Shown here: positions 58,415 to 64,000 of the stretch, in pieces
Layout: every line of letters starts with the position of its first letter
Position numbering within the stretch: the first letter of the stretch is position 1
Translations under genes and position numbers: made by a program
From: Mytilus edulis
Taxonomy: Eukaryota
Direction: 5' to 3'
DNA length: 64,000 nt
NCBI RefSeq assembly: GCF_963676685.1
Contig: NC_092355.1
Coordinates: forward strand, 73,470,001-73,534,000
Notes under the pieces: generated by a model
What the model was told of the DNA's origin: nothing
What the model saw: the letters and a program-made list of their open reading frames with translations, nothing else
Databases searched by the model: none

Positions 58415-61272
58415 CCCAGCAGGCACTCAACGTTGATTCAACGTTGAAACAAGGTTGTTTCTCAACGTTGAAACAATGTCAAATTTATGTTTGATTTTGA
58501 AAATTTGAATTAACGTTGTCATTTCAACGTTGAAGTTTCAACATCCATTCAACGTTGATTCAATGTTGAATAGTAGTTGAAAGTATAACAATGAAATTTA
58601 TTATAAAGCTACAAACACCACATTTTTTACCTGCTTTCCAAATTTTTGCTGTTGTTAGATGGTAAACAGGCAGTGTGGGTGTACATGTTTTTTTTTAATG
58701 TTTTTCCCTCTCACCAATACACATATGAACAAAATAGTTAAGTTAAATGGAAGACATCAAAATACATACATTAACTGTTACTTTCAACAACATTTGGTGC
58801 TTGTACAAAGTCAAAAATCTAGACCATAAATGTCATATCTTAAAATCCTGTTGGCAGAATGAATGAATTTGCACAGTTTGCATAAAAACTAAGACATGCA
58901 CTTTATTCCCTGACACCACAGAAAGGAAAGAAGATGTTGAATAGTTCTAAACAATTCTCACAAGTTCAAAGCAGTTTTTGTTAAACGACCAACCAATGTT
59001 AAACCCTTCTTGAAAGTAGTATAATATATATCTAGGAGGAGTGAAGACATTATCAGATCCAATGTGTGTTCAGGATGATCGCAATATTTACGAAAATAAG
59101 AAGATGCTGCATGACTGCTAACCAGACAACTATCCACAAAAAACAAAGGTCCTTGATTATATATACATATGTTATATAAATGTATATATTACCCTCATAA
59201 ACCATTACATTAATACTTATTTACTCAGGAACAATAATATCAAAAATAGTAATACAATGATATTTCTTTTGATACAAGATTTATTTTATAAATTCATTTG
59301 TTATATTTGTCTCTTTTTGTCCTTATTGCATGTCATCATTCTTCAACCACCTCGGGATCTTTCAGCAGTAAATTTTAAGCAGGAGAGGTCTTTATCAGAT
59401 ATTTAATTCCAAGTGACATCTTTTTACTCCTGCAGTATATTTAAACTCTGGAAAAAATCAGATTATATATATATAATAAATATAAATTGTATGTCATGAA
59501 AAGATATTTTAAATTTGAGCCACTTTCAATTTGTTTCTAGAAGCATTGAAAATAAATAAAAGTTAAAAACCATAATGACGAAGCACATATTGTAATAAGA
59601 TAATCATTAATAAAAATATATACATTAATGTTTACTATTAGTAGTTTTTTGTTAATGAAGAAGCTTCAATCTGAGTTTTGTAAGACTGCGGGTTTCACTA
59701 TGTTATTGATAACAATGAAAACACTTTACCTAAGTAAGACGTTTTTTTATTGATGACTGCACAATTCCATTAACATAAAATAAAGAACTTTACTAGAATA
59801 GCTTAGATATAAAGACAAACATAATATGGTATGTAAGGTAAACAAAATTAGAATAAACAAAAGATTAATCTTTGAACACAAATGGTATCTATACAGACAA
59901 AAAACCTACCTTTGATGATTTTAAAGACTGGAATTCCCAAAACTTAATTTTAATTTTGCTCCACTTGATGCCTTTTAGCCACTGATCTGTTTGACAAGCT
60001 TCTGTAAAATAAATAATACATGTTCATGATATCAGATAATGGACGGTCACTGCTATAACATTCAAAACCAGGTTACGTACACCTTAATGTAAACATGCAT
60101 TTCTCATATTACACAGAGTTAGAGATCACCTGAAGATCAGTAAAGGCTCAGACTGACTTGTTTCTGTAAAATAAAAAACAATAAAAGTATCAGTTTTCCA
60201 TGATCGTTCAAATTCAATACTTTGTTGTCCAGTTGAAATTCATTGTTTAATATGATCGTCAAAAAGTATGTGGTTTACCAAGCCTTAAAGTTAAACTAAA
60301 AGAATCGCATATATATAGTATAAAGTAAACATGTTGGGAAATTTACCTGAGCAAAATAATGTAAACACTTGCTTATCCCCCCCTTTTTCTTATACTGTTA
60401 TATGAATCTTTAAGCATAATAATTGTAACAATCTTTACCTAAACTTTGAAATGAAACTAAATATGCTTTCCACATTAAATGCTCTTAGAAATAGTATAAT
60501 TGGAGGAAATTATATATGATGGCCCTTCCATGTGTTCTGATCTGTTTTCTGGAATACAATGTTGACGTTATAATTTTCTCTAATTGTGCAATATGATACC
60601 AATTCAGAGTTTCTATACACAATTCATAAATATAACAAACCGTGATAGTCACATGCAAATATCTACATACCATAAATATACGTGATAAACGGGAAGTTTC
60701 TCTTTCGACTTGGTCCTTTGTCTGTTTGTTGTTCTTTTTCAAATACAGGAAAGGTGCGTGTTTGAATAATGCGCATGGGCAATCTAACTTCCTGTTCAAA
60801 TCCCGCGAAAATATGAATGAAAGAAATCGCGATCATTGTTGATAATCAACTATTTTAAATTTCTTTACCATGTTATCTTTATCATGTTTATGTTCAATTA
60901 AAGTTATGTGAAATGAAATTAATAAATTATATTTCTTATTCCCTAGAAATTTAGTATCAAACGACTCACCTCCCCCCTTTTCTCATACCGTCACGGTGAC
61001 GCAAAACTCAACTTGAAATAGTGACCAATAGTTAGTATTATACTGTTTTGTGAAACCCAAAACTCTTTTTCATTCTTTTCTTTATAAATATATACTTCTA
61101 CAGTTATGCATATATTGCCTTCTGATAATGATTTTTTTATATAGGCCTACTATGAGTAAATAAGTTAACGTTGATTCAATGTTGAATCAACGTTCCAATT
61201 ACAACGTTGAAATGATCAACGTTAATTCAACGTTGAATGTTGATTTATTCCTCAACGTTGAAAATACGTTGA
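58415..61272. mobile_element. DNA transposon relic with TCAACGTTGA palindromic subterminal arrays; right terminus missing
   Basis: Starts cccagcaggcac, then multiple tcaacgttga at 58427-58570; mirror cluster at 61166-61272; exon-like remnants on the minus strand inside. Confidence 0.55.
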
Positions 61273-62861
61273 TCAAAGTTTCGATAAATTAATTTCAGAG
61301 AAAGATCTCTAAGTTTTTATCAATTAATTTCAGACAAAGATCGATAACTAGTTTTCTATGTTGTGTCTTACGAAGGGATAGAAACGGAGAGGCAGACAGT
61401 TCGTTCCAATAGTAACGCCGGTAATTTAGATAATGTTTAGTTTACCTTCTTCGCGTTTGGCCTATGCTCTGGTTTAGTCCTCATTATAATCCATATCTTC
61501 TTTGAAGTTATGGTTTCAATTGATGTTTTTTTAAACTTGAAAACATTTATTATATTCTTAGTATGTGAAGAGGAGGTTTAAATATAAGGAAATTAAGATG
61601 TTACCTCTTTGTTAGGAAGAACTTTAGTGAAATACTTTAATGGTACAAAAATCAGAAGATCTAGTTTTCAGTGTTTAGAGGGGAGATAACATTTTGTCAC
61701 TACAATGCCCACTGAATAAGCTCTAAACACCCATACCAAAAGAGTTTTCGATCTGCAAGCATTATACACGAAGTTATTTATGAGTGTTTTTATTTTCTAC
61801 CCATCTGTTATCGGTTTGTTATATGTCATTTACGTAAACGAAAACGAAACGAAAACATACTCGAATTGTAAGTAATCGTTTTACACGAATTACTTAAGCA
61901 TCAGCACAATTTCTTCAGGCGTTACATCGAACAAAGAAAGAATAAATCAGATTTTATGAATTTACAGGCATTATATGAAATAAACAAAGAAGATATCAGA
62001 TCAATTAAATGGAAATGGATTTATATTTATTAAGTTGATGAACAAAATGTTTTTTTTTTTAAATACACGTATATGCTTAAATACAAAGTCTGTAGAAAAC
62101 AACTTATCTGCAAATTAAGTACATATTGAATAGTTTACACAAAACAAAAACAGCAAACACATGAACAAAATTATATGTATAAGCATTGGTTCAATCTATA
62201 AGAGACTCCTCGCATCAATGTCCAATAACATTCAATCATATTATCATTTATCAATTTTAAATTGTGTTTATATCATCTGAATCGTTTTGCGTTAATAACA
62301 ACAAAAGAATGATATAACTCACCGCATCATATTGCATGTAAATGCGAAATAATATTTTGGTTAAAGCAGTTTATCCTCTCGTAAGCCTTTCATATTCGTA
62401 CAAGTAAATGTCATCTGGATATATGATGACAACCCACAAAATCGATTGGATATTTAGTAATTTTTGTACATCAGGATTGATTGTTTTTCATAAATAAAAT
62501 TAAAGGAATAAAACACAAAGAAACTCAAAAGTAAAATCACAAAAATACAGAACTCCAAGGAAAATTCAAGACGGAAAGTCCTTAATCAAATGGCAAAAAT
62601 CAAAAGCTCAAACATATCAAATACAAATTTCTGACATAGTACAGGCATTTTATAAATTAGCAAAGGAATGTACAGTCTAAAATAATAAATAGAATAAAAA
62701 CATACGACCAAAGAAGAAATGTTTTAGTTGGACTCTGGAAGATTTAAAATATTGAAGAAACTATTTTCAGATGAGGGAGTCGGGCTACTAGTTAAAGTTT
62801 TTCTTCTGTTTTTAGTGGTTATTCTTCTTTCATTGATCTTCAAAATATATAAATATATGTT

Positions 62862-63154
62862 TTATTTACTTCTTTCAGTGCAATTTAGAAAGTTTTTTCT
62901 ATCTTCAGATGTAATTTGTGTTGTTTGTATTCGTATTGCGAGTTCTTTATATTCATTGAATGCGTTTAAAGCTTTGAGGAATTGATCATACTTGTCTTCT
63001 CCTCCATCCAAAAGTGTTTCTAGTAGATTCCTTATTTCAATTTTAGCTTTTTCCTCTTCTTTTAACATGTTTAACTTTTTAATAATACTCAGGCGATCTA
63101 CTATCCATTCAAACGAACAAACTTTATAGAATGCAGCAGGCCACTCTGATAAAC
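62862..63154 (-). CDS. Probable exon of a host death-fold (CARD-like) protein
   Basis: cttgcag acceptor, then ...WIVDRL...EIRNLLETLLDGGEDKYDQFLKALNAFNEYKELA, resembling CARD helices 4-6. The rest of the gene could not be resolved. Confidence 0.35.
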
Positions 63155-64000
63155 CTGCAAGTACAACCAATGTTATTTATCAAACTTCAATTAAGTGCCG
63201 TATCAATCACATAAAAGAGGGACGACATATATCAGAGAAACATTCATGGCAGCAGAAAAATCACTGTTTATATTCGCATAATACAAAGATAAGAATGCAC
63301 AGCTTATTAGATTTTTAAATATGAAAACAAAACAAAACATAAGGGAAAATGATAATGACTGATCCATAAATATTATTTTCTCGTTGCAGTTTATGCTATT
63401 ATTTTTATACTTGGCAAGGATTCAAGAATTATTTTTTATAATAAAGTACATTGTGTTTGAAGTACACCGTCAACAATGTTTGTACTCGAAATTATATGAT
63501 ATCTATGACGGAAACTGGACCACATCCATATATATCTAAAGTGAGTGTGTTAGTTAGTTAAATTTATGAGCTTGTGGAATATAAATATCAAAATTATAGT
63601 TTTGGATTGTGAGATGCTATGTTCTAGACTCGTTCACGATTAATAAAGAAATAAGTAAAATATTTGTTGGCCAGATAATGACGTTACCACAGCTTGAACA
63701 TGTTGAATATCAAGACAGAAATAACTGTTTTTATAAGAAGAGGATGTCGCCATATACAGTATTTACATTACATAGAATTATGTAGGTCTTATATGTATAT
63801 TCGATGCTTCAAAAAATGAAAACAACACGTAAGATAATTCCTTGCACTCGAAGCTCTTTCCTTGACTTAACTTCATCAGGAAAGCTCGAAGCCGAATATT
63901 GTAGCCGAGGATGTATAAGTACTGAAACAATTGAAAAGCTTTATCCTCAATGCTCTTAATCTAAAATTGTTTGGATTTCTAACTTTTTTGACCTGAGCGT

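Noticed and set aside
62862-63170. Nearby host CARD-like exon as the source of the Maverick CARD-like domain
   Set aside because: No recognisable sequence similarity beyond a general helical pattern; proximity alone is not evidence.

Overview
AT-rich, repeat-dense animal genomic DNA. The repeat families and the GPCR suggest a bivalve or other mollusc (inference). The window is dominated by a complete Maverick/Polinton (14696-54272; 91-bp TIRs starting ACTACT; 6-bp TSD AATGAA) inserted at the 3' tail of a dead LINE. It encodes an integrase with chromodomain, minor and major capsid proteins, a basic core-like protein, an adenain-like protease, a packaging ATPase and a protein-primed PolB interrupted by two spliceosomal introns. 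Its accessory genes are unusual: a CARD-like/PC4/PC4 protein at the left end, a TM-anchored PC4 protein at the right end, and a four-exon mucin-like type I membrane protein with a PSAP motif. An apparently intact 18.8-kb AcademH-type DNA transposon is nested inside it (31809-50579; TAGACTGG termini; 10-bp TSD GGGGTGAATG). It carries a spliced DDE transposase and a convergent spliced RecQ-like helicase, and sits 41 bp upstream of the membrane-protein ATG. The flanks hold a class A GPCR gene, a Penelope-like fragment, Transib-like, Harbinger-like and Helentron-like non-autonomous elements, and inverted CACTGAGA repeat arms that bracket the whole nest. Family assignments come from motif recognition by eye; no database searches were run.
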